The notes beneath the pieces are model-generated. The model searched no databases and was not told the DNA's origin. It saw nothing but the letters and a program-made list of their open reading frames with translations. 64,000 nt of DNA from Candidatus Bathyarchaeia archaeon (GTDB taxonomy: Archaea > Thermoproteota > Bathyarchaeia > Bathyarchaeales > Bathycorpusculaceae): assembly GCA_049521795.1 (NCBI GenBank), contig JBEKOM010000001.1, positions 608,001 to 672,000 of the forward strand, written 5' to 3'. This document shows positions 27,861 to 38,719 of this stretch, in pieces. The translations under genes and the position numbers were made by a program. Within the stretch, counting starts at the first letter, position 1; every line of letters begins with the position of its first letter.

Positions 27861-29246
27861 TTAGGCCATTTTCTTGGGGGCGAGCAGTCTGTCTAGGTCT
27901 CCCTTGATCTTCATGTTTGTGTCCTCTATGACTTGTTTTATGGTTTTGCCAGTCTTCGCCGCGATCAGTGCAATTTCTGAAGCTTTGTCGTAGCCTATTA
28001 TCGGAACCAGGTTTGTGGCGATCATCAGGTTGCTTTCAAGCTGGGATCTTATGTGCTTCTTGTTTGCTTTCAGCTCGTTCAGGCAGTTTTTCACGAAGGA
28101 ATGAATCCCGTTCGTGAGAAGTTCAATCTCCTCGATGAGGTTGATGATCATTAACGGTTTGGTCACGTTCAGGTCGAGTGTGCTGCCGAAGGCTTCGGCA
28201 AACGAGATGGTTGTGTCGTTTCCCACGACTTGCAGGCAAACCTGTATCAACGCTTCGGCCTGAGTGGGGTTGACCTTGCCGGGCATCATAGACGAGCCCG
28301 GTTCGTTTGCGGGAAGTGTGAGTTCTCCTAAGCCCGCACGTGGACCGCTTCCCATCCAGCGGATGTCGTTGGCCATCTTTAAGGTCGAAAGGGCTAGGAG
28401 GCGTAGTTCGCCGCTTGCTTTCACGATTGAGTTGTGAGATGCGATTCCTTCAGCCTTGACCGGGTTGAGTCTGAAAGGAAAACCTGTGATCTGTTTCAAG
28501 TGGGTGACCGTCAGCTTGCCAAAGCTTTTGTCAGCGTTCAATCCTGTGCCGACTGCCGTTCCCCCGATGGGGACGAAATAAAGCTCGTCGCAAGCGTTTT
28601 TCAGGCGTAGCTGGCTCAGTTCAACCTGTCTTTCATAAACCTCAAACTCTGTGGACAGGCGGATAGGTACTGCGTCTTGAAGGTGCGTCCTGCCGACTTT
28701 CACTACGCCTCTGAATTCCGCTATTTTTCGTCGAAGGCTCTTCCTTAAAGTCTCCAGGGCGGGAAGCAGCTTAGAGTTCATAAGCTCTAAGGCACACAGG
28801 TGCATGGCCGTTGGTATCACGTCATTCGAGGACTGACTCCTGTTCACGTGATCGTTCGGGTGGACGGGAAACTTGTTTCCCAACGGATGCCCCAGGATCT
28901 CATTGGCTCTGTTCGTTAAGACTTCGTTCATGTTCATGTTTATCTGAGTCCCGGAACCCGTTTGAAAAACGTCAAGCGGAAACTGATCCAACCACTTGTC
29001 TTCTTCTACGAGTTCATCAATCGCTTGAACTATGGCGTTCGCTCTGCCTTCGTCTATTTCGCCAAGTTGAACGTTTGTCTTCACGCACGCCTTCTTCACC
29101 TTGGCCAAAGACGTGATGAAAGACTTCGGGAACCTTCTGCCGCTTATCTGGAAGTTTTGAATCGCTCTCTGCGTGTTTATTCCCCAGTACGCGGCCTTTG
29201 GAACCGGCATTTCCCCGAGTACGTCTCGTTCTTTTCTCGTCTTCAT
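27861..29246 (-). CDS. fumC: Class II fumarate hydratase
   Basis: QTGSGT, HPND, QSSND, GRTHLQDA and GSSMMPGKVNPTQ motifs. Confidence 0.93.
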   Translation of the reverse strand: MKTRKERDVLGEMPVPKAAYWGINTQRAIQNFQISGRRFPKSFITSLAKVKKACVKTNVQLGEIDEGRANAIVQAIDELVEEDKWLDQFPLDVFQTGSGTQINMNMNEVLTNRANEILGHPLGNKFPVHPNDHVNRSQSSNDVIPTAMHLCALELMNSKLLPALETLRKSLRRKIAEFRGVVKVGRTHLQDAVPIRLSTEFEVYERQVELSQLRLKNACDELYFVPIGGTAVGTGLNADKSFGKLTVTHLKQITGFPFRLNPVKAEGIASHNSIVKASGELRLLALSTLKMANDIRWMGSGPRAGLGELTLPANEPGSSMMPGKVNPTQAEALIQVCLQVVGNDTTISFAEAFGSTLDLNVTKPLMIINLIEEIELLTNGIHSFVKNCLNELKANKKHIRSQLESNLMIATNLVPIIGYDKASEIALIAAKTGKTIKQVIEDTNMKIKGDLDRLLAPKKMA

Positions 29247-29369
29247 AGGTATCACAGCTCTTTTGTCGAACCTTCTCGGATACAAATGTTTCTACGAGCC
29301 GTAAATGAGCGCGAACTTGAAAAACGCTCTATATAAGGCGCGGGCGTGCCATCTAAGCTTGGGGAAGTC

Positions 29370-29780
29370 ATGAGGGTACTGTTTGTGTGCTCTGGAAACG
29401 CTCACCGCAGTCCGTTAGCAGAAGCACTGCTGAAGAAGCTGAGACCCGACTTAGAAGTAGAGTCAGCCGGAATAAGCACTTCCATTCCGATCTCAGAAGA
29501 GGTGAAGGAATACTTGGCAAAAGAGAATGCGGGAAAATATCTTAAGAGAGTTCCCGAAAACTTGACGAGCAAGCGACTCAAAGATTACGATCTGATCGTA
29601 GCCATGGAGCAACGTCACAAGGACGCCGTTGTAGCCATGTGTGCAGAATGTGAACAGAGAATAGTTGTGTGGAGTGTTGAAGATCCATACTTCTTAGGTC
29701 ATAAAGATGCGGAGAGAATCTACAAACAGGTTGAAGATAGAGTTAGAGAACTAGCCAAATCATTGCCACCCGCACGTTAG
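29370..29780 (+). CDS. LMW protein-tyrosine phosphatase/ArsC family protein
   Basis: CSGNAHRS P-loop and EDPY motif. Confidence 0.88.
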   Translation: MRVLFVCSGNAHRSPLAEALLKKLRPDLEVESAGISTSIPISEEVKEYLAKENAGKYLKRVPENLTSKRLKDYDLIVAMEQRHKDAVVAMCAECEQRIVVWSVEDPYFLGHKDAERIYKQVEDRVRELAKSLPPAR

Positions 29781-29851
29781 CCAAAGTTACATATTCGCGT
29801 TGTTTGGTTTAGAGTCGCTTTTTTTCTGACTGAAAGTGGTCTAGATACCTG

Positions 29852-30277
29852 TCAAAGACGCATTTTACTCTGGTCTAAGAATTTTCTTATCTTGGCTGCA
29901 ACCCTGTCCAGTTCGTTCTGTTCAACGGTTTCACGGGGTCTGTGTGAATCCTGTCCCTCATATCTGGGAATGATGTGAACGTGAAAGTGAAATACGATTT
30001 GATGAGCAGCCTCTCCGTTGTTCTGGACTATGCTTATTCCATCAGCTTTTTCGCTGTTCGAAATGCCGTAAGCCACCTTCTTCACGATCTTGAAGAGATT
30101 TGCAACCTCTTCTTCTGGAACCTCGAAAATATCTTCATAATGCTTTCTCGGTACTACGAGCGTGTGACCTTCATTAACCGGTCTCGAATCCAAGAATGCT
30201 ACGACATCTTTGTCTTCGTAAACAAAACTCGCATGCTCTTCTTTTCTGCCTATCCTGCAGAATACACAGTCTTCCAA
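29852..30277 (-). CDS. HIT family nucleotide hydrolase
   Basis: DCVFC, GHTLVVP and HFHVHIIPR motifs. Confidence 0.95.
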   Translation of the reverse strand: MEDCVFCRIGRKEEHASFVYEDKDVVAFLDSRPVNEGHTLVVPRKHYEDIFEVPEEEVANLFKIVKKVAYGISNSEKADGISIVQNNGEAAHQIVFHFHVHIIPRYEGQDSHRPRETVEQNELDRVAAKIRKFLDQSKMRL

Positions 30278-30408
30278 AGGGCAGCCGCTCCTTTCTACGT
30301 ATCAGAGCGCAAACTGCATTTTAGTTTTACTTGACTTCTTGCGTTTTCCATCTTCGCGCCTGCTGAGGTAAATCATAAAAGTTGAAGGGCGATCACAGTA
30401 GTGAGAAC

Positions 30409-31884
30409 ATGAAAGACGATAAGAATCATGGGCTTTACATAGACGGTGCGTGGGTCGATTCTGTTTCTCATGAAACATTTGCAAGCGACAACCCTTCTAG
30501 GCCGAAACAAGTTCTTGGAATCTTTCAGAAAGGGTGCAAAGAAGACGTTGACAAGGCTGTGGAGGCTGCAGAAAAAGCCTTTGAAAGATGGAGTGAAACA
30601 CCGGCGCCGAGAAGAGGGTCAATTCTTCTCAAGGCTGCCCAGTTGCTACGAGAGAACAAGGAGCAATTTGCAAAGGAAATGACTATGGAGATGGGAAAGG
30701 TCATCCTAGAATCCAGGGGAGACGTTCAGGAAGCGATAGACATTACGGAGTATATGGCCGGTGAGGGCAGGCGCCTGCTGGGCTTTACAACGCCGTCAGA
30801 ATTGAGGAAGAAGCTCTGCTTAACCGTGAGGATGCCGGTTGGCGTAAGTGGGTTGATAACCCCATGGAACTTTCCTATGGCTATTCCAGCGTGGAAGATC
30901 ATGACTGCGCTGATCTGCGGAAACACTGTGGTTTTTAAGCCTTCGTCTGACACGCCGCTCTGTGCAACGAGACTCGTAGAGATCTTGGAGAAGGCTGGGT
31001 TGCCTAGAGGCGTCTTGAACATGGTTACGGGCTCAGGTGATGATGTGGGAATGAGCCTTGTGAGGCATGAGAAAGTCGGAGCGATTTCATTCACGGGGCA
31101 CAAAGACACTGGCGCCTTGATTCTGAGAGAAGCGGGTCTAAAGAAGGTCGGTCTGGAATTGGGCGGAAAGAACGGCATCATAGTGATGGATGATGCTGAC
31201 TTGAGCCTTGCCTTGGAGGGAGTGATATGGGGCGGGTACGGCACAACGGGACAGAGGTGCACTGCAGCTTCTAGGGTAATAGTTCATGAGAGGGTCAGAA
31301 GCAAGTTTGAGGAGATGCTGATAAACAGAATAAGAAAACTGCGGCTGGGTGATGGACTACGAGCTGAAACAGACGTTGGTCCCTTGGTAAACAGGGCCGC
31401 GCAGGAAAAGAGTGCGAAGTACGCTGAAATCGGAAAAGACGAGGGCGCCAAACTGGTGATTGGCGGTGGAATTCCAAAGCTGGACGGCTTCTTCTTCGAG
31501 CCAACGTTGTTTACGGACAGCACGATTGACATGAGAATCGCACAGGAGGAAATATTCGGTCCGGTTGTCTCGCTCATCTCTGTGAAAGACTTTGACGAAG
31601 CAATAGACGTGATGAACTCGGTCGAGTATGGATTGAGTTCCGCGATCTACACCCGTGACATAAGCAGGGCATGCGAGGCCATCACGAAAATCAGGGCAGG
31701 GTTGACCTACATCAACTCGAGCACGATTGGATCAGAGGTTCACCTTCCCTTCGGAGGAGTCAAGCACACAGGCATCGGAACAAGGGAAGGCGGAATTCAA
31801 GGGATAGACGAGTTCTCTGAAACCAAAACGGTCTACATCGACTATTCTGGAAAATTGCAAAAGGCACAGATTGACCTAGAATGA
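30409..31884 (+). CDS. NAD(P)-dependent aldehyde dehydrogenase
   Basis: [19 protein letters not shown] and EEIFGP motifs. Confidence 0.95.
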   Translation: MKDDKNHGLYIDGAWVDSVSHETFASDNPSRPKQVLGIFQKGCKEDVDKAVEAAEKAFERWSETPAPRRGSILLKAAQLLRENKEQFAKEMTMEMGKVILESRGDVQEAIDITEYMAGEGRRLLGFTTPSELRKKLCLTVRMPVGVSGLITPWNFPMAIPAWKIMTALICGNTVVFKPSSDTPLCATRLVEILEKAGLPRGVLNMVTGSGDDVGMSLVRHEKVGAISFTGHKDTGALILREAGLKKVGLELGGKNGIIVMDDADLSLALEGVIWGGYGTTGQRCTAASRVIVHERVRSKFEEMLINRIRKLRLGDGLRAETDVGPLVNRAAQEKSAKYAEIGKDEGAKLVIGGGIPKLDGFFFEPTLFTDSTIDMRIAQEEIFGPVVSLISVKDFDEAIDVMNSVEYGLSSAIYTRDISRACEAITKIRAGLTYINSSTIGSEVHLPFGGVKHTGIGTREGGIQGIDEFSETKTVYIDYSGKLQKAQIDLE

Positions 31885-32054
31885 CATTTCCTAAATCAGG
31901 CTCATCCAGCCGCCCAGGCTTTACGGTCTCTTTCGGTTAGAATGCCGAATCCTAATAGATCCAGCACTCCCAAGTAATTAGCTTGGAAATCTTCAGTCAG
32001 TTTCCCCATTGGTTATTCAGGTCCGGGGAGTCATTAATCTTCATTGCGGGTTTT

Positions 32055-32756
32055 TCAAAAGCCCAGAAACTTCTCAGTCTTGATCTGCTTCTCGGGAACG
32101 TCAAGCTCCTTGAGTAACTTTTCCATAGCTTCGACCATCACTAGAGGTCCGCACGTGTAGAACGTCGTTTCCACGTAGTCTGGAATCTCCTTTCTTATCA
32201 TGTCAGCGTCGATTCTTCCAGTGTAACCAGTCCATCTATCGTTTGCCTCGGCGATTACAAACGCGACTCTAAAGTTGCTGTTCAGTTTCTGCATGTCCTC
32301 AAACTCGTCTCTGAACACAATATCTTCTTCTGCGCGGTTGCCGTACAGAAGCGCTATCTTTGTCCTTGACCTCGTGTCCAAACAATATTTGCATATGCTT
32401 CGCAATGGGGTTATTCCAATCCCGCCTGAGAGAAGGCCGATTTTTTCAAATTGGCCTTCGAACGTGAAATCTCCGTAAGGACCATCTATAGACGCCCAGT
32501 CACTAACTCTTAACGCGTTCAGCGCTCTGGAAAAGGGGTGATCCGTGAGTTTTTTCGTAAATTCTAAGACCTCTCGCTCGGTTGGGCTGCTTGAAATCGT
32601 AAAATGCTTCTTCAGGAGTTCGTCTTGTTCGCTTTTGATCGTGATGAACATGAATTGTCCAGGTTTATATTGGAACGAGGCGGGCCTAGGAAACCTCACA
32701 CTTTTCACGTTGTAGGTCCTCTGTATTATGTCCGTGACTTTTGTTTCGAATTTCAT
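32055..32756 (-). CDS. FNR-like FAD/NAD(P)-binding oxidoreductase
   Basis: PGQF, FTISS, GPYG, GGIGITP and TCGP motifs. Confidence 0.9.
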   Translation of the reverse strand: MKFETKVTDIIQRTYNVKSVRFPRPASFQYKPGQFMFITIKSEQDELLKKHFTISSSPTEREVLEFTKKLTDHPFSRALNALRVSDWASIDGPYGDFTFEGQFEKIGLLSGGIGITPLRSICKYCLDTRSRTKIALLYGNRAEEDIVFRDEFEDMQKLNSNFRVAFVIAEANDRWTGYTGRIDADMIRKEIPDYVETTFYTCGPLVMVEAMEKLLKELDVPEKQIKTEKFLGF

Positions 32757-32868
32757 ATTGACCGTTTTGAAAAACGGTATTTTTCCAATTATAAAATTTT
32801 CCTCTGTCTTTCAGCTAGGCCACACGTTATCCTAAATCGAAGTCAGTGTTGTCCGTCTTATCCAGTTG

Positions 32869-33417
32869 TCAGGGTATGTTAGGCATTTTCTTTGCTGAGC
32901 GCTTCGTCCTGTAGGCTACGGCTGCGACTGTGGTGGCTAAGATGAACAGAGGGAGAATCAGAAATGGCGAGAATTCAGGAACCGCTTGCTGCACAACCAG
33001 TGTCCCATACAACGTCGTCGGATGAACGCTGCATCGATAGGTGAAGTTTCCGCTTGTGGTTGCGTTAAACCCGAAAACAGTTGTTGCTGTGAACGGAGTG
33101 GACGCGGGTTCGCTCCCTGTGTCAAGTGCGCTGTTGTTGTTGTAATCGACGAAGAATTGATGTAGCACACTATCGTAACTGATCAGAGTCAGGTTGAGGT
33201 AATCGTATTGGTTGATGGTTATTGTTGGTCCTGGGCTAGTTATGCTTGTATTCGAGAAGCCCCAGCCGTATGGATTATTATACCCGTAAGAGCTTGCTGA
33301 AGCGTAAAGCGTTTTGTTTACTGTAGTTGCCGCTCTCGCTTCTTGAATCCTGATCGAAGCCGTAGATATTCCGATGAGGAGCACGATGATCGTTGCGAGG
33401 ATTATTTTTCGAGGCAT
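32869..33417 (-). CDS. Secreted cupredoxin-domain protein with PEF-CTERM sorting signal
   Basis: Signal peptide, PGPTI, LHQF and YRCSVHPTTLYG (type-1 Cu ligands), then VPEF + TM + basic tail. Confidence 0.8.
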   Translation of the reverse strand: MPRKIILATIIVLLIGISTASIRIQEARAATTVNKTLYASASSYGYNNPYGWGFSNTSITSPGPTITINQYDYLNLTLISYDSVLHQFFVDYNNNSALDTGSEPASTPFTATTVFGFNATTSGNFTYRCSVHPTTLYGTLVVQQAVPEFSPFLILPLFILATTVAAVAYRTKRSAKKMPNIP

Positions 33418-33575
33418 ATGATCACACTACTTTGCTTTGCTGTTCTTTGAATATTAGAGTTTCGAAGATATAAAAGTGTGTGATTGTTGCGTTGCAGCTT
33501 GCTTTCAGGGCATGAGGATAGCCCGCGCTGATACTTGTGCTAGCAAGATTTAATTGCTCTTGCGGATGATCTGTT

Positions 33576-34001
33576 TTGAAGATTATGCACGTCGTCAAAG
33601 AGATGATGCGGGATGTCGTTAAGATAGGTTCGCAGCAAACGGTTCTAGAAGCTGCGAAGCTCATGAGAGACTGTGATCGGAGCAGCTTGGTCGTCATGGA
33701 GGGGAATATCGCCGTTGGTATTGTGACCGAGAAAGACTTTATTACGAGAGTCGCGGCGGAAAACCTGCCTTGCACTACTCTAGTTTCGCAGGTTATGTCC
33801 TCGCCTCTCAAAACGGTTGATGCTAGCACGCCTCTGAAGGAAGCTGCTCGAATCATGTGCGAATATAAGATAAGGCGGCTACCAGTCGTGGAGCGTGGAG
33901 CTTTGGCAGGAATCATAGTTGCATCAGATTTTCTGACCCAACTGTCTAAGAAAACCCTCACGGAGGAAATCTGGGGGGCGCTGACTAGCTCTACCCTCTA
34001 A
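33576..34001 (+). CDS. CBS-domain pair protein
   Basis: VGIVTEKD, VMSSP and RRLPVV motifs. Confidence 0.9.
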   Translation: MKIMHVVKEMMRDVVKIGSQQTVLEAAKLMRDCDRSSLVVMEGNIAVGIVTEKDFITRVAAENLPCTTLVSQVMSSPLKTVDASTPLKEAARIMCEYKIRRLPVVERGALAGIIVASDFLTQLSKKTLTEEIWGALTSSTL

Positions 34002-34314
34002 ATTCGATACTGGAACAGCCAACGAGGCCAGAGAACTGGCTCGGATTCCCATAAAACAGTCCGTTCGAGCACGCGCGCTGGGCGCACGACGACCACTTTG
34101 TCTGGCACATTTGCAGAACTGGCTGCTACCCAGTTTATCGATGCGCGCCAAGCGTCTATGAAACTCTTTTGAGTAAGTGCAAGCAGGCTGCCGTTGTTTG
34201 TCCAAACGGATGGGCATTCTGCGAAGTCTGCCTTGTGTCGAAAGTCATAAATAACGGTTGAAGACACAAAAAGAGTTTCTGCAAGGGCTCCAAAGGTTTG
34301 AGAGAGGAAAGAAG

Positions 34315-35556
34315 ATGTCCGTAAATTCTGGAGACATGTCATGGGTAACAATGGCTACGGGGCTCGTAATGTTGATGACGCCTGCCCTTGGGTTCTTCTA
34401 TGCAGGACTGGTTAGAAAGAAGAACATTGCCAACACAATAGTGCAATGTTTTGCAATTTTCGCCGTCGTGAGCTTGGTCTGGGCTCTTTGGGGCTACAGC
34501 CTTGCCTTCGGTGCATCTAATAACGGATACATAGGAAACCTGGACAAAGTGCTGTTGAACAACGTTGGCGTAACGACACCACTCGCCATCCAGCCAGGAA
34601 TCACAGAACTGCTCTACTTTGCTTTTGAACTGATGTTCGCAGCTATCACACCAGCCTTGATTGTGGGAGCATTCGCAGGAAGAATCAAGTTTCGTTCATT
34701 GCTCATCTTCATCGTACTCTGGTCAACCTTCATCTATTCTCCAATCGCGCATTGGGTCTGGAGTCCTAACGGCTGGTTGGGAATCAAAGGGTTAGGAGCT
34801 ATCGACTTTGCAGGCGGCACAGTCGTGCACGTATCGGCTGGACTGTCTGCTTTGGCCGCGGCGATCGTTGTAGGCCCGAGAATGAATCGTGAGAAAATAG
34901 AGCCAAAACCAAGCAACGTTCCATACGTTATTTTAGGAGCAGCATTGCTTTGGTTCGGATGGTTCGGTTTCAATGCAGGCAGTGCCCTGCAAGCAAATGC
35001 GATTGCGGCAAGCGCCTTTGTCGTGACCAGCTTGTCAGCGGCGGCCGCAACAGTCAGCTGGATGGTCATCGACACGTTGATGAAGGGTAAACCTTCTGCA
35101 ACTGGCATGGCAATCGGCGCGGTCGTTGGACTAGTTGCAATCACTCCAGCTTCGGGTTATGTCACTCCGACTGCAGCAATTATCATAGGTTTGATTGCAG
35201 GTGTTCTGTCCAATTTGGTTTCAACATGGCGAAGTCGCACACGTCTAGACGATACTTTGGACGTTTTTGCATGCCACGGAGTCGGTGGAATATGGGGCTC
35301 AATAGCCACAGGCTTGTTTGCAACAACCGCCGTGAACCCTGTAGCAACTGGTGGTGCGAACGGACTGTTTTATGGAAATCCAGGCCAGTTGCTCGTTCAA
35401 ACCGAGGCTGTGTTAGTAGTCATTGCCTTTGCCTTCATCGGGACATTTGTGCTCTTAAAAATCGTCAATCGCTTCTCCAAGCTGAGAGTGACACCGGAAG
35501 AGGAAGCCCAGGGACTTGACTTAAGCCAAAATGGGGAAGAAGCCTACTCCTCTTAG
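34315..35556 (+). CDS. amt: Ammonium transporter
   Basis: FYAGLVR, DFAGGTVVH, WFGWFGFNAGS and DDTLDVFACHG motifs. Confidence 0.96.
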   Translation: MSVNSGDMSWVTMATGLVMLMTPALGFFYAGLVRKKNIANTIVQCFAIFAVVSLVWALWGYSLAFGASNNGYIGNLDKVLLNNVGVTTPLAIQPGITELLYFAFELMFAAITPALIVGAFAGRIKFRSLLIFIVLWSTFIYSPIAHWVWSPNGWLGIKGLGAIDFAGGTVVHVSAGLSALAAAIVVGPRMNREKIEPKPSNVPYVILGAALLWFGWFGFNAGSALQANAIAASAFVVTSLSAAAATVSWMVIDTLMKGKPSATGMAIGAVVGLVAITPASGYVTPTAAIIIGLIAGVLSNLVSTWRSRTRLDDTLDVFACHGVGGIWGSIATGLFATTAVNPVATGGANGLFYGNPGQLLVQTEAVLVVIAFAFIGTFVLLKIVNRFSKLRVTPEEEAQGLDLSQNGEEAYSS

Positions 35557-35722
35557 ATATAGCTTCAAAAGACACTTCCATGATTTATCAGAAGTCCTCA
35601 GAAGCGCGAGCACGGGCTGCTAGGCTCGCAAATCATCTCTTCAAGAATGTAGAATCCGCGCACTTGGCAGGATGTTCTGCGGGGGCGTTATTTTTATTAG
35701 CTTAAGAGAACACGCTATCGGT

Positions 35723-36115
35723 ATGAATCAGGGTTACGTTTTCCCATGCGTTGGGGAATCTCTTAAGAATTGTGTGAGAAGCAGACTGTTCACCTGTTCA
35801 GGCGAGGCTGCTCGCGAGATAGGACCAGGCTATCTGGTCTTCTTCTTTAATACCGGTTCAGACACGCTTGTGGGGCCATTCACGGCCTCAGGTTCATCTA
35901 AAACAGGACCAGAGCCTGGAGCGTGGACCCAAGCCATAGATCCGCACACTTTCTCTGGCAACTTCAAGGTTGAATGGGAAGAACTGCATGAGTTGAATCA
36001 TGCTCGAAGAAAGTTTCCTTTTTTGAAAGACCTCAACGCTTGTAAGCTCTCTCCGCTTCAAGTTGAAGATGTGATCAGTGCTTTGAAAAAGGCTCCGTTG
36101 TTTCATCAAACATAA
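35723..36115 (+). CDS. DCD/EVE (PUA-like) domain protein
   Basis: GYVF.C......C...LF.......I.PG..VFFFN.....L.GPF.A pattern. Confidence 0.55.
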   Translation: MNQGYVFPCVGESLKNCVRSRLFTCSGEAAREIGPGYLVFFFNTGSDTLVGPFTASGSSKTGPEPGAWTQAIDPHTFSGNFKVEWEELHELNHARRKFPFLKDLNACKLSPLQVEDVISALKKAPLFHQT

Positions 36116-36619
36116 AGTCTGCTCATAAGCATAAACAAGATTCAAAGTGAAGAGATCCTTGGGCACTGAACAAGGTGCGAGCTAGCAAGCTCACGCGCTC
36201 ACTCCGATCTTTCCGAGAATGCAGTTGCTTCAAACATTGCAGGCAGCTCGGTCTTTGTTGCCGGCTCTTCTTCCATACGCCTGTCTGCTTCTTCAAGAAA
36301 TGTTACCACACAACATTACCAAAACCGTTACTTCTGAACAGGGGGGGTCAAACGCGAAACACCACGCCTAGACAAACTCTCACAGTCTCACAGGAAAACA
36401 AGGCACAGCATAGGACTCGTGTGTTACTGTTTCCGTTCCTTTCTCTTCAGCATGCGTGCGCATAAACAAGCCACGATGCTTGTCAGAGAATTGGGAATTA
36501 AGAGCTGGTTAAACGCGCGCGCTCCGATGTCGATATTCGCATGGCCTGCAAAGCCTAGATACAATTCTTCATGTTCTAACAGGAGAAACGGTAAACCTTA
36601 AACGTGCGCGTTTTCGGTT

Positions 36620-36790
36620 TTGGGTGGGAAAACGTTGGAGCTAAAGAGGACTCCGAACTTTTCTGATGCAGCAGCAATCAGCATCGGAGCAATAATCGGC
36701 GAAGGAATCCTTGCCGTGCTGGGCGTTGCTCTGGGCTATGCAGGGACGGCTGCTGTGGTTCGATGGTTATTGCGGGGACGGTTGCGCTGT
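36620..36790 (+). pseudogene. 5' remnant of an APC-family amino acid permease
   Basis: LELKRT...DAAAISIGAIIGEGI...GYAG resembles TM1 of APC transporters; similarity is lost after ~45 codons. Confidence 0.55.
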
Positions 36791-36885
36791 TCGGCGCGAA
36801 GTCTGTCAGAGTGCGCGGGTTCAAAAAGTATTAAACTGAACTGGAGCCAATTATTCCTAAGGCAAATGACTAGAGGTTGGATTTC

Positions 36886-37731
36886 ATGGAGAATAAAGCG
36901 TTCATAAAGAAAATTCTGGTTCCCGTGGACAAATCTGATTCAAGCCTTATGAGCCAAGAGACAGCCGCGCTGATAGCGAAGAAAACACATGCGTCCGTCA
37001 CGGTTCTGCATGTTGTACCCCGCATGTCGTACGGTAAGCCAGAAACAGCCGCTCTGATTCTGAGCGGCTTAGACCAAGAGGGGCAGAAGATAGTCGGCGA
37101 GGCTAAGGGACTTTTCATGGAGGAAAAGGTGGAAGTGAAAGGGGAAGTTCTCCATGAAGAGGATGTTGCTGAGGCTATTCTTGAATTCTCAGCAGATGAT
37201 TTTGATCTAATCGTCATCGGGAATCGTGGGGAGAACGAGAAAGGTCTGCGCGCACTTGGAAGCGTAACGAAGAAAGTTATAATGCACACAAGTTGCCCAA
37301 CGATGATCGTCAAAAAGACTTCGACTCTGTCAAACATGCTCGTGTGTGTGGACGGTTCTGACCATGCAATGAAAGCCTTGAATTATATCTTAGGCCTGGC
37401 CGAAAAAACGGGTTCAAGAATCACGTTGTTGAATGTCCAAGAAACACGCCTGCATAAAGCCTCGCCTGACGCTGCAATGGACCTTGGCGGGCGGATTCTG
37501 ACAGAATCGTTAGACACGGTTGAGAAACGGAAACTTACGGCTGACAGAAGACTCGAGTATGGCGTTCCATCAGATGTGATAGTTGACGTGGCTGAAAAAG
37601 GAAATCATGACTTGATCGTCCTTGGGAGCAGAGGGTTGGGAACAGTCAAGAGGTTTTTGCTGGGAAGTGTAAGTGATGACGTCAGTTACAAAGCGAAGTG
37701 TTCGGTGTTGATAGTTCCAGCAAAACTGTGA
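36886..37731 (+). CDS. Tandem universal stress protein
   Basis: Two USP domains: KILVPVD, LIVIGNRG, LGSV and LIVLGSRG...LLGSVS. Confidence 0.93.
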   Translation: MENKAFIKKILVPVDKSDSSLMSQETAALIAKKTHASVTVLHVVPRMSYGKPETAALILSGLDQEGQKIVGEAKGLFMEEKVEVKGEVLHEEDVAEAILEFSADDFDLIVIGNRGENEKGLRALGSVTKKVIMHTSCPTMIVKKTSTLSNMLVCVDGSDHAMKALNYILGLAEKTGSRITLLNVQETRLHKASPDAAMDLGGRILTESLDTVEKRKLTADRRLEYGVPSDVIVDVAEKGNHDLIVLGSRGLGTVKRFLLGSVSDDVSYKAKCSVLIVPAKL

Positions 37732-37875
37732 AAAACGCACACCCGAAGGAATTTCAAGGCTCGCGCTGCCATCTCACAAGTGTCAAGGTCTTCTGCGAAA
37801 AATGCTAAGAGACCAAAAACTTAGTAGCCTGCAAGGATGCTTATATGCGCTACATTAAGTGGAGGCTGAATCGTA

Positions 37876-38655
37876 GTGTCGTACGTTTTCAACATACCGT
37901 TTCGAGAGAACCTTAAGCTGAAGCACGTTATCGATGAAGTCAAGAAAGATGTGAAACTGCAGACTCTCTGGCGATGCTCAAACGTTATGGCTATCGACCG
38001 AATGGGCTTCACTGACCACGGTCCAACGCACGTTAAAATCGTGTCCAACTCAGCGTTGAAACTCTTGAGAATCCTAGTTAAGAATAAAGTCGTGCCCAGC
38101 ATTGTGAAGAACTACGGAATGAAAAACGAAGATGCAGAGATCGTTGTCGTTCTGGGTTCACTCTTTCATGACTTAGGCATGATTGTCGCGAGAGACAGAC
38201 ATGACTGGTTCGGAGCTCTGTTAGCCCTAGGCTTCCTTGAGAAGTACTTGGCACCGATCTACTCTGAGGAGGAACGTACGATAATCTGTTCAGAAGTGTT
38301 GCACGCTATAGTGTCTCACGAAGATCCGAACAAACCCTTGACTGTGGAAGCCGGCATAGTGCGAGTTGCAGACGCCTTAGACATGGAAGAGGGCAGAGCT
38401 AGAATTCCGTTTCAGGCTGGAAAAGTGGACATTCACTCGGTCTCTGCGCTGTCAATTGAGAAGGTGGACATTCAAGAGGGCGAAGAGAAACCGGTGGTCA
38501 TAAGAATAACGATGTCGAACTCCGCCGGTATCTTTCAAATAGATGAACTGCTTAAGCCGAGAATCGAAAACTCTGGGCTGCAGAGCTACATACACGTTGT
38601 AGCGGAGATAACCTGGGAAAAAGAGAGGAGAATAATAGAAAAATTCGAGATCTGA
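37876..38655 (+). CDS. HD-domain metal-dependent phosphohydrolase
   Basis: DHG..H, HDLG, SH and ADALDM..GRAR motifs. Confidence 0.9.
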   Translation: MSYVFNIPFRENLKLKHVIDEVKKDVKLQTLWRCSNVMAIDRMGFTDHGPTHVKIVSNSALKLLRILVKNKVVPSIVKNYGMKNEDAEIVVVLGSLFHDLGMIVARDRHDWFGALLALGFLEKYLAPIYSEEERTIICSEVLHAIVSHEDPNKPLTVEAGIVRVADALDMEEGRARIPFQAGKVDIHSVSALSIEKVDIQEGEEKPVVIRITMSNSAGIFQIDELLKPRIENSGLQSYIHVVAEITWEKERRIIEKFEI

Positions 38656-38719
38656 CTGCTGCAAAGGTCTTGCAGACTGAATGATCTGTGCGATCTTATT
38701 ATGCGCGGTCTGAAGGGAT

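Noticed and set aside
34001-34315. NrpR operator (GGAA-N6-TTCC) upstream of amt or the glutamate synthase gene
   Set aside because: No exact match found by eye.
36175-36601. ORFs 36175..36465 and 36419..36601
   Set aside because: No recognisable motifs or SD and atypical composition; probably non-coding or decayed sequence.
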